Assembly: GCA_049975485.1 (NCBI GenBank) | Contig: JBNGDC010000007.1 | Span: forward strand, 26,153-88,355 | Length of the DNA: 62,203 bases | Direction: 5' to 3' | Source: Phycisphaerae bacterium | GTDB taxonomy: Bacteria; Planctomycetota; Phycisphaerae; SM23-33 | Part shown: positions 49,368-59,691 of the stretch, piece after piece | How positions within the stretch are numbered: the stretch's first letter is position 1 | How the letters are laid out: each line of letters starts with the position of its first letter | Position numbers and translations under genes: made by a program | Notes under the pieces: generated by a model | Told to the model about the DNA's origin: nothing | What the model saw: only the letters and a program-made list of their open reading frames with translations | Databases searched by the model: none

Positions 49368-51212
49368 CTACGAAGCTTCCTCGTCGGAGGACTCTTTATC
49401 GTCTTCCGGTTCGCCGGTTTCCTGGGGCTGAGCCGATTTCTCATCCTCTTTGTCGCTCTTGTCGGTCTGCCTGTCGCCATCGGCGGCGTGACGCTGGAGG
49501 AAGTCGTCTATCTGTTTCTCGATCTTCTTGAACTCGTCGCTGTTCCAGGCCGCGTAGTTCCAGTTGATGAAAAGGTCCCGCACCTCGAACATCTCATCGC
49601 GTGCCTGGTCCTTACTTTCGAAGGGGAAGTCCGCGTCCAGCACCTCCAGCACCTTCGCGAACACGTACTGCTGGCGCTCGCTGGTGGTGGCGGCGTCCAC
49701 CTCATTGAAGGCGTTCTGCTGGAGGTAGCAACTGTCGAAAAACTCGCTTTTGAGCATCTCCTCGAAGTCGTCCTGCGGCGTACCTTCCTCGCCGACGACG
49801 GTCATCATCTGCCGCACCTCGTTGCCGCGGCGCAGAAGCTCGCGGACGCGGTCAACCTTCGCGGCGTCGATAATGCCGGTGTACCGGCTCCAGGACTCCA
49901 GCGGATCGATGGCCGGGTAGCGGCGGGCCTCGGCCCGGTCGCGACTGAGACCCAGAAACGCGCCCACAACCTTCAGTGTGCTCTGGGTAACCGGCTCCTC
50001 GAAGCTTCCGCCCGCGGGGCTTACCGACCCGCCGATGGTAACCGACGCCTTGTTCCCGTCCGGCAACTCCACCACACCCGCACGCTCGTAAAAGTCCGCG
50101 ATGCGGCTTTCCAGGTACGCCGGATAGGCCTCCTCGCCGGGGATCTCCTCCAGCCGGCCTGATATCTCACGCAGCGCCTGCGCCCAGCGGCTGGTGGAGT
50201 CGGCCAGCACCAGGGCGTTCAGCCCCATCTGGCGGTAGTACTCTCCGAGCGTGACACCCATGTACACCGACGCCTCGCGTGCCGATACCGGCATGGCCGA
50301 TGTGTTGCAGATGATAACGGTCCGTTCCATAAGCGACCGCCCCGTGCGGGGGTCCTGCAGCTCGGGGAACTCGTTGATTACCTCCACCACCTCGCCGGCG
50401 CGCTCGCCGCAGGCGACGACGATCACGATGTCGATCTCCGCATGCCGTGCGACAATTTGCTGAAGCACGGTCTTGCCCGCGCCGAACGGTCCGGGAATGC
50501 AGTACGTCCCGCCAAGGGCGATGGGAAACAGCGAATCGACAATCCGCACCCGGCTGACCAGCGGCTCGGTCGGAAGCATTCGTCTGCGGTAGCGGCCCAG
50601 TGGAATCTTCACCGGCCAGGTCTGCTGCATGGTGACGGAGTGTTCGTTGCCTTCAGAGTCGGTGAGCTTGGCCACCTCGTCGGCGATGGTCATCTCGCCT
50701 TCGGAAGCGACGCCGGCGACCTTGAAAGTGCCGTCCCAGCTCAGCGGCACCATGATGCGATGCTCGAAGATGCCTTCCGGAACGGTTCCCAGCACGTCAC
50801 CAGCGGTTACCTCGTCGCCTTCGGAGGCCTTGGGGGTAAAGGTCCACTTCTTTTCGTTGTCGAGGGCATCGACGTAGTTACCGGCTTCGAGGAAATAGCC
50901 CACCTTCTCCGCCAGACGCGGCAGCGGGTTCTGCAGGCCGTCGTACACCTGCCCCAACAGGCCCGGCCCCAGTGTCGCGGAGAGCATCTCCGGCCGGAAT
51001 TCCACCTCGTCGCCGACTTTCAGTCCGCGTGTTTCCTCGAAGACCTGCAGGTCCGCGTGGGTCCCCCGGACGCGGATAACCTCGCTGAGTAGCTGTGCCC
51101 CGTCACCGCGGCGGCAGAACCCGATGGAGTTCTGCACCACGCGCTGGTCGGTGGCGGCGGTTACCATGTTTCCGTGGATGGTTACAATCCGTCCTTTTAC
51201 GTTCTCGCTCAC
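49368..51212 (-). CDS. ntpA: V-type ATPase subunit A
   Basis: GPFGAGKTV, ACGERAGE, NTSAMPVSAREAS, DSTSRWAQALREISGRLEEIPGEEAYP and an acidic C-terminal tail. Confidence 0.97.
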   Translation of the reverse strand: MSENVKGRIVTIHGNMVTAATDQRVVQNSIGFCRRGDGAQLLSEVIRVRGTHADLQVFEETRGLKVGDEVEFRPEMLSATLGPGLLGQVYDGLQNPLPRLAEKVGYFLEAGNYVDALDNEKKWTFTPKASEGDEVTAGDVLGTVPEGIFEHRIMVPLSWDGTFKVAGVASEGEMTIADEVAKLTDSEGNEHSVTMQQTWPVKIPLGRYRRRMLPTEPLVSRVRIVDSLFPIALGGTYCIPGPFGAGKTVLQQIVARHAEIDIVIVVACGERAGEVVEVINEFPELQDPRTGRSLMERTVIICNTSAMPVSAREASVYMGVTLGEYYRQMGLNALVLADSTSRWAQALREISGRLEEIPGEEAYPAYLESRIADFYERAGVVELPDGNKASVTIGGSVSPAGGSFEEPVTQSTLKVVGAFLGLSRDRAEARRYPAIDPLESWSRYTGIIDAAKVDRVRELLRRGNEVRQMMTVVGEEGTPQDDFEEMLKSEFFDSCYLQQNAFNEVDAATTSERQQYVFAKVLEVLDADFPFESKDQARDEMFEVRDLFINWNYAAWNSDEFKKIEKQIDDFLQRHAADGDRQTDKSDKEDEKSAQPQETGEPEDDKESSDEEAS

Positions 51213-51955
51213 GGGGTAGCTCCGGTGTCTGTATCGGCGGTTGCGCTACGGACTCGCGACGGGCGGGTGTCGTCCTCGCCGCTGAGTCGGTGCCAACGTT
51301 GCATCAGCATGAGCTTGGCGGCGTAGGCAGCCAGCTCATCGTCCGCGAAGCTGTAGTACGGTTCGTTATCGTTAAGCCAGGACCATCGGGCCTGGTCCAG
51401 CGCCTTCATCGCCGCCAGCGGGTTATCGGCCGATGAAAACTGCGATATCGCCTCGTCCAGGTCGGCCGACTCGTCGGCCAGGTCCGGCGCGACCATGTAT
51501 TGTCCCGGTTCCAGCTCCAGCGCCCGCGCCCGCTCCGCAGCCAGTGCGTTGCGAAGCGCCACCTCGTAGCCGACCCACGCAGTCAGAAATCGGCTGCCGG
51601 CCCGGCGGGCGACCTCTGCCACCTGGCGGAAGTAGCTTTCCCACACCGCGTCGGTTGCGGCACGAGGCGATTCGCCTTCGGTCTGTTCGGACGAGACCAG
51701 GTACTCCGGCAACGGCTCGTCGTTGCGCGCCTGGGCGGGCGTCAGAACCGCGGGGGAGACTTCCTCCAGCTCACCGGCCAGCAGAGCTTCTCGCTGCAGC
51801 AGGTCGTCGCTGAGCAAAAGCGCCTCGATGAGTCGCTGCGGCCCGGGCGCGCCGGAAACCTTCTCCAGCAGCTCCGCCTCGCTCAACGGCGGGGTGTCGC
51901 CCAGACGATTGAGCGCCGGAAGCGACGAGAGCAGATAGAAGTTCTCTCCACCCAT
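51209..51955 (-). CDS. DUF2764-type V-ATPase-associated (subunit C-like) protein
   Basis: YLLSSLPAL, WVGYEVALRNAL and LAAYAAKLMLMQRW. Lies between subunits E and A. Confidence 0.8.
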   Translation of the reverse strand: MGGENFYLLSSLPALNRLGDTPPLSEAELLEKVSGAPGPQRLIEALLLSDDLLQREALLAGELEEVSPAVLTPAQARNDEPLPEYLVSSEQTEGESPRAATDAVWESYFRQVAEVARRAGSRFLTAWVGYEVALRNALAAERARALELEPGQYMVAPDLADESADLDEAISQFSSADNPLAAMKALDQARWSWLNDNEPYYSFADDELAAYAAKLMLMQRWHRLSGEDDTRPSRVRSATADTDTGATP

Positions 51956-51958
51956 CGG

Positions 51959-52738
51959 CTAGTCCTGCTCGCCCTTGGACCGTTCGTCGGACTCACCCGA
52001 CGCCGACGAATCATCCTTTTCTTCGGATTCGCCCTCGCCGCCGGTCTGCTCATCCTTCTGCCGGCGCTGGTCGGCCTGGGCCTTCTGTTCGGCGGCAAGC
52101 TTCGCCTGGAATTCTCCACCCACCGCCTCAGCAAGCACGCGCTGAAGCTCCGGGCTGATCATCTCCGCGAGCGTCTCCACAACGCTCTCGCGTGTAACCT
52201 CGACGGTCCCGCCGGAGACGGTGTACTCGAACCCGACCGTCCTGAGCTTGCCTTTGAGATCGATGCCGATGTGCATCGCATCCAAGGCGTCCTGGCCGAT
52301 TTCGTTAAGCGCCCACTGCACGAGCTTGTCGCGGGTCTCGCCCGGCAGGTTGATCTCAATGCCCTGCTTCCGGTCAATATCCGACTGGGCGTACATTATT
52401 ATCAGTTCGTGAAGGACCTCTCCGAGAAACTCGATGTCGGAAAGTTTCTGCTCCACGCCATGGGCGACCACCGCCTTCATGGCCCGGTTCAGGGCCTCCC
52501 TCAGCCGATGTACGCTGTCCCGCGCCGCAAGGGTCAGCTCCGTCTCGGTCTTTCGGCGGCGGTCCTCGGCCTGCCGGTTGGCCTCTTCCACGATGCTCTC
52601 GGCCCGGCTTCGGGCGTCGGCGACGATGCGTTCGGCTTCCTCGCGGGCTTCGGCGCGTATCTTCTCGGCCTCTGCCCGCCCCGCCTCTACACCGTCCTGC
52701 TGAAGCTTCTGAACGAAGGATTCAATGGTTTCAGCCAT
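51959..52738 (-). CDS. ntpE: V-type ATPase subunit E
   Basis: IESFVQKLQQDGVEAGRAEAEKIRAEAREEAERIV coiled coil. First gene of the operon. Confidence 0.88.
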   Translation of the reverse strand: MAETIESFVQKLQQDGVEAGRAEAEKIRAEAREEAERIVADARSRAESIVEEANRQAEDRRRKTETELTLAARDSVHRLREALNRAMKAVVAHGVEQKLSDIEFLGEVLHELIIMYAQSDIDRKQGIEINLPGETRDKLVQWALNEIGQDALDAMHIGIDLKGKLRTVGFEYTVSGGTVEVTRESVVETLAEMISPELQRVLAEAVGGEFQAKLAAEQKAQADQRRQKDEQTGGEGESEEKDDSSASGESDERSKGEQD

Positions 52739-52959
52739 CTGTCGGCTCCGCTTTCAGTGACAATCCGCCCGGTCTGGGCATTGTGACTACGGGCGTGGTC
52801 CTTTCGGCTGCTGCGAGCGATAGCTCCGTCGCACCGGAGGAATCGACGCCACCGGAGCGCCCGGACACGTTTACTATCGTCCTGATACCCTACGAAGATT
52901 GCAAGCCGCGCCAAGGAAAACCATGTTCCGTCCCTGCCGGCGGGTGCACCATACGGCCG

Positions 52960-54189
52960 CTATTTCCTGCCGCGAGCGTTCCTTCCGTTGCCGGTGGTCG
53001 GCTGTCCGCCGCCGGCGGCTCCCTCGGTCCGGCCAAAGATCATCCGCCCCGCGGAGGTCTGCAGCGCGCTGGTTACGATAATATTGACGTCCTTTCCGAC
53101 GTAATCCCGCGCCTGCTCGGCCACTATCATGGTGCCGTCGTCGAGATATCCGACGCCCTGACCGGCTTCTTCACCGGGGCGGATTATGCGCACCGAGAGC
53201 GTCTCGCCGGGCAGCACCACGGGCTTGAGGGCATTGGCGAGGTCGTTGATGTTGATGACGTCCACGCCACGGAGTTGCGCAATCTTGTTCAGGTTGTAGT
53301 CGTTGGTCACCACGCGGGCGTTAAGGTGCTCGGCCAGTGCGACCAGCTTGGCGTCCACGGCCGGGGCCTCCTCGACAGCAGCTACGTGTGGGTCGATTAT
53401 CCGGATGTCCACCTTGTCGGAGTTTTGAAGCCGGTTGAGCACATCCAGACCCCGGCGGCCCCGGTTGCGGCGGAGCTTGTCGTCACTGTCGGCGATGGCC
53501 TGAAGCTCCGCGAGGATAAACCGCGGCACAACCAGCTCGCTTTCGACTATGCGCGTCTCGGCTATGTCTGCGATACGGCCGTCAACTATCACAGATGTAT
53601 CCAGCAGAAGCTGCCGGGGACCCTTGGACTGCCTCTGGAACTCCACGTAGGGGATGACGAAGCGGAAATCGTCCTTGGTCTGGAGCACGATGGTAACGCA
53701 CAGGAACACCGCGGCCGCACCGAGCACCCATTTGACCAGACTCACCGTGCTGGTGTACCTCACATACGCACGGTGGGCGCTGAGACGGTCCTCCTGCCGC
53801 TGTATCTGCTGCCGGTAGTCCTCCATGGCCTGTTCGTAGGTAATCCCGTCCCGCGGATATTCGGCCGGCACCGGCTCAACCATTTCGACCGGCGGTTGGA
53901 CTTCCGGAGGTGAGGGGTACATCATGGCCACCAGGTCCACCACCAGCGATATGATGAAAGCGAACACCAGTCCCGCCAGAACTCCCACAAACAGACCGCT
54001 GAGCACGTGCAGTCGCTTGCGGCGCCAGAACATGTCCGCCAGCACTACCGCTGCCGCAAGCAGTGCGGGGACAAGCACGTACACCGCCATGAACCAGAAG
54101 CCCCGCTCGGCTATTGGCTCCTGCATGGCCAGCGGAATGGTTATCCCCAGGACAACCAGAACGAAAAGCACTCGTATGATATGAACCAT
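52960..54189 (-). CDS. Membrane-anchored PIN/TRAM domain protein (YacL-like)
   Basis: N-terminal TM segments, [42 protein letters not shown] and [10 protein letters not shown]. Confidence 0.92.
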   Translation of the reverse strand: MVHIIRVLFVLVVLGITIPLAMQEPIAERGFWFMAVYVLVPALLAAAVVLADMFWRRKRLHVLSGLFVGVLAGLVFAFIISLVVDLVAMMYPSPPEVQPPVEMVEPVPAEYPRDGITYEQAMEDYRQQIQRQEDRLSAHRAYVRYTSTVSLVKWVLGAAAVFLCVTIVLQTKDDFRFVIPYVEFQRQSKGPRQLLLDTSVIVDGRIADIAETRIVESELVVPRFILAELQAIADSDDKLRRNRGRRGLDVLNRLQNSDKVDIRIIDPHVAAVEEAPAVDAKLVALAEHLNARVVTNDYNLNKIAQLRGVDVININDLANALKPVVLPGETLSVRIIRPGEEAGQGVGYLDDGTMIVAEQARDYVGKDVNIIVTSALQTSAGRMIFGRTEGAAGGGQPTTGNGRNARGRK

Positions 54190-54486
54190 GGCCGTTTGCC
54201 CTTCCCGGCAATGACGTGTCGAACGGGCGTGATGATAGCAGTCACTTAACATCGGCGAAAGTCCCTTTGCCCGGTGAGCGCGATTTGTGCCTGGCAGCAC
54301 CCACCGCAGCGCTTATGGCGCGGTGCGGCGCTGGGAAACGCGACCCCTGCAACTTGACGCCGGCGACGCGACGCCCTAGCTTGGCCTGCGAAGTAACCGC
54401 GCCCAGCCGGATACCTCTGCCCCCGGCCAGGTTCGCCGCCTCCGCGAAAAAGCCGGACCCGGCCCAGCAGTAAAGGAACCAATCCA

Positions 54487-56088
54487 ATGCCAGAAAACCG
54501 ATCTTCCCGGCGACCCAACGTCTTGCTGATCCTTTGCGACGATATGGGCTACTCCGACATCGGTTGCTTCGGCTCGGAGATATCCACGCCGAATCTCGAC
54601 GCATTGGCCACGGGCGGCGTGCGTTTTACGCAGACCTACAACTGCGGGCGATGCTGCCCGACGCGGGCGAGCATCCTCACCGGGCTTTACCCCCACCAGG
54701 CCGGCGTGGGTCACATGGTCCAGGACATCGGCCGACCGGGCTACCGCGGATTCCTCAACGACCGCTGCGTCACCGTGGCGGAGCTTCTGCGGCAGGCCGG
54801 CTACCGGACGCTGATGAGCGGAAAGTGGCACGTCGGCGGACATTGGCCGAGGATACCAGGCCCCGAATGGCGTCCCGGCGACCCCTGCAAGCCGTTGCCC
54901 GTTGACCGCGGCTTCGACGACTGGTACGGCATACCCGGCGGCGGTAATTACTTCCTCCCGTCGCCACTGATGCGGGGGCACGACTTCATCGAGCCGGAGG
55001 ACGGCTTCTACACCACCGACGCCTACACCGACCGCGCCATCGAGATGATGACCTCCGCCGTCGGCGACGACGAGCCGTTCTTCCTGCACGTATGCTACAA
55101 CGCCCCGCATTGGCCTCTGCACGCGCACCGAGAGGATATCGAACGATACCGCGGCAAGTACCGCAACGGCTGGGACGCCGTCCGCACCGCCCGCCACGAG
55201 CAGCTCAAGGGCATGGGCATCCTGTCGGACAAATGGGACATTTCCCCGCGCGACAAGGACGCACCGCCCTGGGAGCAGGTCGAGCTGCGGGACTGGGAAG
55301 ATTCCCGCATGGCCTGCTATGCCGCACAGGTTGACTGCATGGACCGCAACATCGGCCGGTTGCTGGCGACGCTGGATAAACTCGGTGTCTCCGACGATAC
55401 CTACGTGATGTTCCTCTCCGACAACGGCGGCAGCGCCGAGTTCCTCGCCGAGAACGGCCGTAAGGAGAATGAGCTGTCCACCACGCTCGACGGCCGGGAA
55501 GTGAAAATCGGTAACATCCCGGGCCTCGAACCGGGCGACGCCGACACCTTCATGAGCTACGACCTGCCCTGGGCTAATGCGAGCAACTCCCCGTTCCGCA
55601 AGTTCAAAAGCTGGGTCCACGAAGGCGGTATTTCCACGCCGCTGATAGTGCAAGGCCCGGGCGTGGCGGGCGGCCGTATCGTACACGAGCCCAACCACGT
55701 CGTCGATATCGTCGCGACGATACTGGACGTCTGCGGGGTGGACTATCCTGGTCGGTTCAACGGCCGCGATGTCACACCCATAGAGGGCGAAAGCTTCGCC
55801 GCTCTGCTGGCCGGGAAAAGCTGGTCGCGCAATCAGCCCATATACTTTGAGCACGAGGGCAACCGTGCCGTCCGCGACGGACGGTGGAAGCTGGTTAGCG
55901 CCCGCGACCCGGGCCGGTGGGAGCTTTACGACATGGCCGAAGACCGTACCGAGCTGAACGACGTCTCCGACGGCAAACCGGACGAAGTCGATCGCCTCTC
56001 CCGCATGTATGAGGACTGGGCAAACCGCGCTGGCGTCCTGCCGTGGGAGCAGGTGACGGCCGAACGCAGGCGCCGCCGCAACGCGTAA
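54487..56088 (+). CDS. Arylsulfatase (formylglycine-dependent)
   Basis: RPNVLLILCDDMGYSD, CCPTRASILTG, SGKWH, APHWP, SDNG and HEGG. No obvious signal peptide. Confidence 0.95.
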   Translation: MPENRSSRRPNVLLILCDDMGYSDIGCFGSEISTPNLDALATGGVRFTQTYNCGRCCPTRASILTGLYPHQAGVGHMVQDIGRPGYRGFLNDRCVTVAELLRQAGYRTLMSGKWHVGGHWPRIPGPEWRPGDPCKPLPVDRGFDDWYGIPGGGNYFLPSPLMRGHDFIEPEDGFYTTDAYTDRAIEMMTSAVGDDEPFFLHVCYNAPHWPLHAHREDIERYRGKYRNGWDAVRTARHEQLKGMGILSDKWDISPRDKDAPPWEQVELRDWEDSRMACYAAQVDCMDRNIGRLLATLDKLGVSDDTYVMFLSDNGGSAEFLAENGRKENELSTTLDGREVKIGNIPGLEPGDADTFMSYDLPWANASNSPFRKFKSWVHEGGISTPLIVQGPGVAGGRIVHEPNHVVDIVATILDVCGVDYPGRFNGRDVTPIEGESFAALLAGKSWSRNQPIYFEHEGNRAVRDGRWKLVSARDPGRWELYDMAEDRTELNDVSDGKPDEVDRLSRMYEDWANRAGVLPWEQVTAERRRRRNA

Positions 56089-56113
56089 ACGTTAAAAGCA
56101 TATTGGGAGTCGA

Positions 56114-56827
56114 ATGATGCCTTCTTTCCAGACCGGCGAAATAGTGTACGAGAACCCGCTGGCGAGCGAGAAAGACGTGGCCGACTTCGTCGCCGAGGGC
56201 AGCCCCGTGACCAGCTTCCCCATGCAGGCGATGCGGCTGGAAAACGCAATGGACCCCGAGCTGGGACAGGCGGCCAACTACCTGTTCTGGTGCCCGCAGA
56301 AAATGCCCGCGGATATCTGCATCGAATGGGACTTCCGACCCATCCGCGAGCCGGGACTGGCGATGATGTGGTTCTGCGCCGACGGACGGGAGGGCAAGGA
56401 CCTCTTCGACCCGTCGCTGTCGCCGCGGACCGGCGACTACAAGCAGTACCACTCCGGGGACATCAACGGCTATCACGCCTCGTACTTCCGCCGCAAAAAC
56501 GTCCAGCACGAGCGGACATTCCACACCGCAAACCTCCGCAAGAGCCACGGATTCCACCTCGTCTGCCAGGGCGCCGACCCCATACCGTCGGTAATTGACG
56601 TTCTGGAGAGCTACCACATTCAGATAATCAAGTGCGGCGGGCACATACGTTTCAGCGTGAACGACCTGACGCTCTACGAATGGTTCGACGACGGCGAACA
56701 GACCGGGCCGGTCCTGGGCGATGGCTACATCGGCTTCCGCCAGATGGCCCCGTTGATAGCCGACTATTCCAACCTCGTCGTCCGCAAAGTGCGAATCGCC
56801 CCGGAAACGGAAGAGGGAAACAAATGA
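56114..56827 (+). CDS. DUF1961/YesU-family protein
   Basis: YENPLAS, FWCP, EPGLAM, QYHSGDINGYHASYFRR, NLRKSHGFHLV and GYIGFRQMAPL. Confidence 0.85.
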   Translation: MMPSFQTGEIVYENPLASEKDVADFVAEGSPVTSFPMQAMRLENAMDPELGQAANYLFWCPQKMPADICIEWDFRPIREPGLAMMWFCADGREGKDLFDPSLSPRTGDYKQYHSGDINGYHASYFRRKNVQHERTFHTANLRKSHGFHLVCQGADPIPSVIDVLESYHIQIIKCGGHIRFSVNDLTLYEWFDDGEQTGPVLGDGYIGFRQMAPLIADYSNLVVRKVRIAPETEEGNK

Positions 56828-58800
56828 GCGGCTTTCACATGGCCCTGCCGATAGCCGAGGCACGCGAGGGCGTGGTCTTCGACAGGGCGAACCCCGACGA
56901 CCACAACGACCGCGCTTTCGCCGACTGGGAGGCCCCGCTGGTATGGCATCACCAGGAGAGCTTCATCCTGGTGGACAGGTTCTTTGACGGCAACAAGGGC
57001 CTGCACTTCGCCTTCGAGAAGCGCGTGCCCGAGAAGGTATGGCAGAAGGGCTGGCACCTCTGGTACGACAACGCCGTCCTCGCCCGGCCCCAACCCCCGG
57101 CCGACTGCGTGCTGACCGGCACGTTCGCCCTCGAAGAACTTACCGCCGGTTTCGGCGGCGACAACATGGAGCACGTCCGCCCCTGGACCGGCATCGTCGC
57201 GCGGATGAGGGACCTTCGCAGGTACTACTACCTGTGCCTGGAATATCCGTCCCACGTGGTCCTCTACCGCAGGGACGACCACCAATGGCTGCCGGTGGCG
57301 CGGGCGCAGGTGCATCTGGACGTCTGGACGGCCTACACGCTGCAGCTCGAGATGCGGGGCTCCACGTTCCGGGCGTTTCTGGACGGGCACAAGCTCTTCA
57401 CCGCCACCGACTACGCCTACGCCGACGGCTGGGCCGGCGTCCGCGCCACCTGCACCAGCGTGGTCACGGAGTTCACCATAGAGTCGATCCCGCCGCGTTT
57501 CCCGCAACCGACGCCGCCAACGGAAACCGACCTGCCCGAACCGCAAGTCGTCCGCGACATCGACCTCAGCGACCTAGGCGACCTGTCGAAAACCGTCCGG
57601 CACAACGCGACCGTGCAGATAGGCGCCTTCGCCGGCGGAAGCGAGCCGCAACTGCTGGTGGATCTGCATAACGCCCCCGACGGGGCCACGCATGCCCTTC
57701 TGACGGCCGAGGGGGAGATTATCTGGAAACAGAACCTTGGCAATGTCGGCAAGCTCGTGCCGCTGGGCGGCAAGCCGGGCGAACCCGTCGAGCTGGTCGC
57801 GATGGGCCACGAGCTGGCGATAGTGGACGGCGCCACCGGAAAGGTGCTGCGACGCACTGAGCCGCCGCAGGCCGCCTCCGGCAAGCGCGTCGGCACGGGC
57901 AATTGCCCCTCCGAGACGGCCGATTTGGACGGAGCGGGCGTCGCCAGGCAGTTCTTCATGACGGTCTCGGCCGACGAGAAGGAGATATGGGCGTTCGACC
58001 CGGACCTTTCGCTGCGCTGGCGGGTGGAAACCCTCTCCGGCACGGGGCACGGCAATCACGTCTCGGCCTGCGACGTGGACGGCGACGGCAGAGAGGAGAT
58101 TTTCGCCGGTACGTGCCTGATAGACGCCGACGGCCGGATACTGTGGTCGCAGGAGGAAGTCGCCGCCCGGCTGAAATGCCCTAACGGCGGACACGTGGAC
58201 AGCTCGGTGATGGGCTTTTTCGCCGGGCCGGACAGTCCACCGACGGTGCACATGGCCTCCAGCTCGGCCGGTCACCTGGTGGCCGACGCGAGGACTGGCG
58301 AGCTTATCGCCGTTCACCCGCAGGGGCACGTTCAGGCGGTGGAGGCCGGTCGGGTCGTCCCCGGCAGGCCGGACGTGCAGGCCATCGCCTCCTGCCGCTG
58401 GGGCAGCTACGGCGTCACGGGCATATACGCCGCGGACGGTACGCGCCTGGGGCGGTTCCAGCCGGGCTTCGTCTGCCAGCACGCCCTGGCGGTGAACTGG
58501 ACCGGCCGCGACAGCGAGCTGCTGCTGGTCTGCGACGGCCCGGGCTGGCGCGGGCTGTACGACCATACGGGCAGACGGCTGACAGAGCTGGATTCGCTCG
58601 TGCCGTACGAGGACGCGTTCGCGCAGCGCTACGACCGCGTGCAGGCGTGGAGAGGCGCGATAATCCCCGGCGACCCGCGCGACGCGATTATCCTGAGAGT
58701 CCGCAGCCGACTGCGGATAATCGCCCCCGCCGGCGACCCGCCGACCGACAAACCCCTCAGACCCGTGCGCAGGACAAACATCTCCTCGCCGGCTTATTGA
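56824..58800 (+). CDS. Lectin-like domain + FG-GAP/PL11-like beta-propeller protein
   Basis: N-terminal beta-sandwich (YTLQLEMRGSTFRAFLDG...GWAGV) and GHGNHVSACDVDGDGREEIF...GGHVDS. ATGA overlap with the upstream gene. Confidence 0.65.
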   Translation: MSGFHMALPIAEAREGVVFDRANPDDHNDRAFADWEAPLVWHHQESFILVDRFFDGNKGLHFAFEKRVPEKVWQKGWHLWYDNAVLARPQPPADCVLTGTFALEELTAGFGGDNMEHVRPWTGIVARMRDLRRYYYLCLEYPSHVVLYRRDDHQWLPVARAQVHLDVWTAYTLQLEMRGSTFRAFLDGHKLFTATDYAYADGWAGVRATCTSVVTEFTIESIPPRFPQPTPPTETDLPEPQVVRDIDLSDLGDLSKTVRHNATVQIGAFAGGSEPQLLVDLHNAPDGATHALLTAEGEIIWKQNLGNVGKLVPLGGKPGEPVELVAMGHELAIVDGATGKVLRRTEPPQAASGKRVGTGNCPSETADLDGAGVARQFFMTVSADEKEIWAFDPDLSLRWRVETLSGTGHGNHVSACDVDGDGREEIFAGTCLIDADGRILWSQEEVAARLKCPNGGHVDSSVMGFFAGPDSPPTVHMASSSAGHLVADARTGELIAVHPQGHVQAVEAGRVVPGRPDVQAIASCRWGSYGVTGIYAADGTRLGRFQPGFVCQHALAVNWTGRDSELLLVCDGPGWRGLYDHTGRRLTELDSLVPYEDAFAQRYDRVQAWRGAIIPGDPRDAIILRVRSRLRIIAPAGDPPTDKPLRPVRRTNISSPAY

Positions 58801-58849
58801 ACGGTTGAAGTCCTCCGGCTCACGCTTCGTCCCGTCGGGACTACGTAAA

Positions 58850-59035
58850 GTAGCACACATAGGCCGGGGCTTGCCCCCCGGCGGCCGCAATCTCAGGCCC
58901 GCAGGGCCGTAACGGAATTGGCCGGGGGTGTAAGCCCCCGGAAAGCTCCGTCCCGAAGTACTCGAGGCCCCACGGGCCGGCACGATTCGCTGAGCGTTTG
59001 CCATTCGTGTCGCCCCTTCGGGGCTCTTCGTTTTT
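58850..59035. repeat. 186-bp multi-palindrome REP-like repeat, copy 1
   Basis: Ungapped direct repeat of 61059-61244 with about 18 mismatches by manual count. Preceded by GTCCCGTCGGGACTACG at 58829. Confidence 0.9.
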
Positions 59036-59071
59036 TGACCACGTTCGCACCTGGGTCCAACCGACCAGCGA

Positions 59072-59608
59072 TCAATCTTGCTCGCACGCCTGCGCATTGG
59101 CTTCTGCGACACATTTGTAGACAAGCCGCTGAAAACGCTCGACCTTCACTTCCCTCGTAACAAAGTAGGCGCATCCACACATGCCGACCGGCCAGACCAG
59201 CACCAAGATCCATGGGAATTGGTAGGCAATCATAAACACGACAAGTCCAACTACGAGACATGCTATGCCAATAAGCGAAGGCATAAAGGACAATACGATT
59301 TCAACTCCGTCACCTTCAGGGCCCGTCCCAAGGGTCACTCGCCCACCCCCAATACCTGGTAGTAGAGCGTAGCTTGGGGCCAGCATGGCCTTGCCCGACC
59401 GAAATGTCAGCCGAGTCTCCGACTCAATTGCACATGTCGCACCCCTCCGCCTCAGTTGCTCTGCAAGTATATGCAAGGCCAGCATGTGGCTTTGCCCCTG
59501 TGAGACACTTGCCATACGCGCGTATGTTGTCCTCCGCACCAGCACGTCCACGAGTTTACCAATGCTTATCATGGTCTCTTTGGTCCCATAAAGATCATGC
59601 CCAGACAT
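59072..59608 (-). CDS. Hypothetical membrane protein, paralog of 61416-61952 (candidate immunity protein)
   Basis: Shared blocks LAEQLRRR, LTFRSGKAMLAP, EIVLSFMP, FPW and ERFQRLVYKCVAEA. Two C-terminal TM segments. Start uncertain (59629, 59608 or 59572). Confidence 0.75.
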   Translation of the reverse strand: MSGHDLYGTKETMISIGKLVDVLVRRTTYARMASVSQGQSHMLALHILAEQLRRRGATCAIESETRLTFRSGKAMLAPSYALLPGIGGGRVTLGTGPEGDGVEIVLSFMPSLIGIACLVVGLVVFMIAYQFPWILVLVWPVGMCGCAYFVTREVKVERFQRLVYKCVAEANAQACEQD

Positions 59609-59691
59609 ACATACTACACGTCGCTCCATTGGGAAACCTCATCGTCACAGCTCCTAGCGGCTCCCTACCAGAACGCCTCCGTCACAGACAG

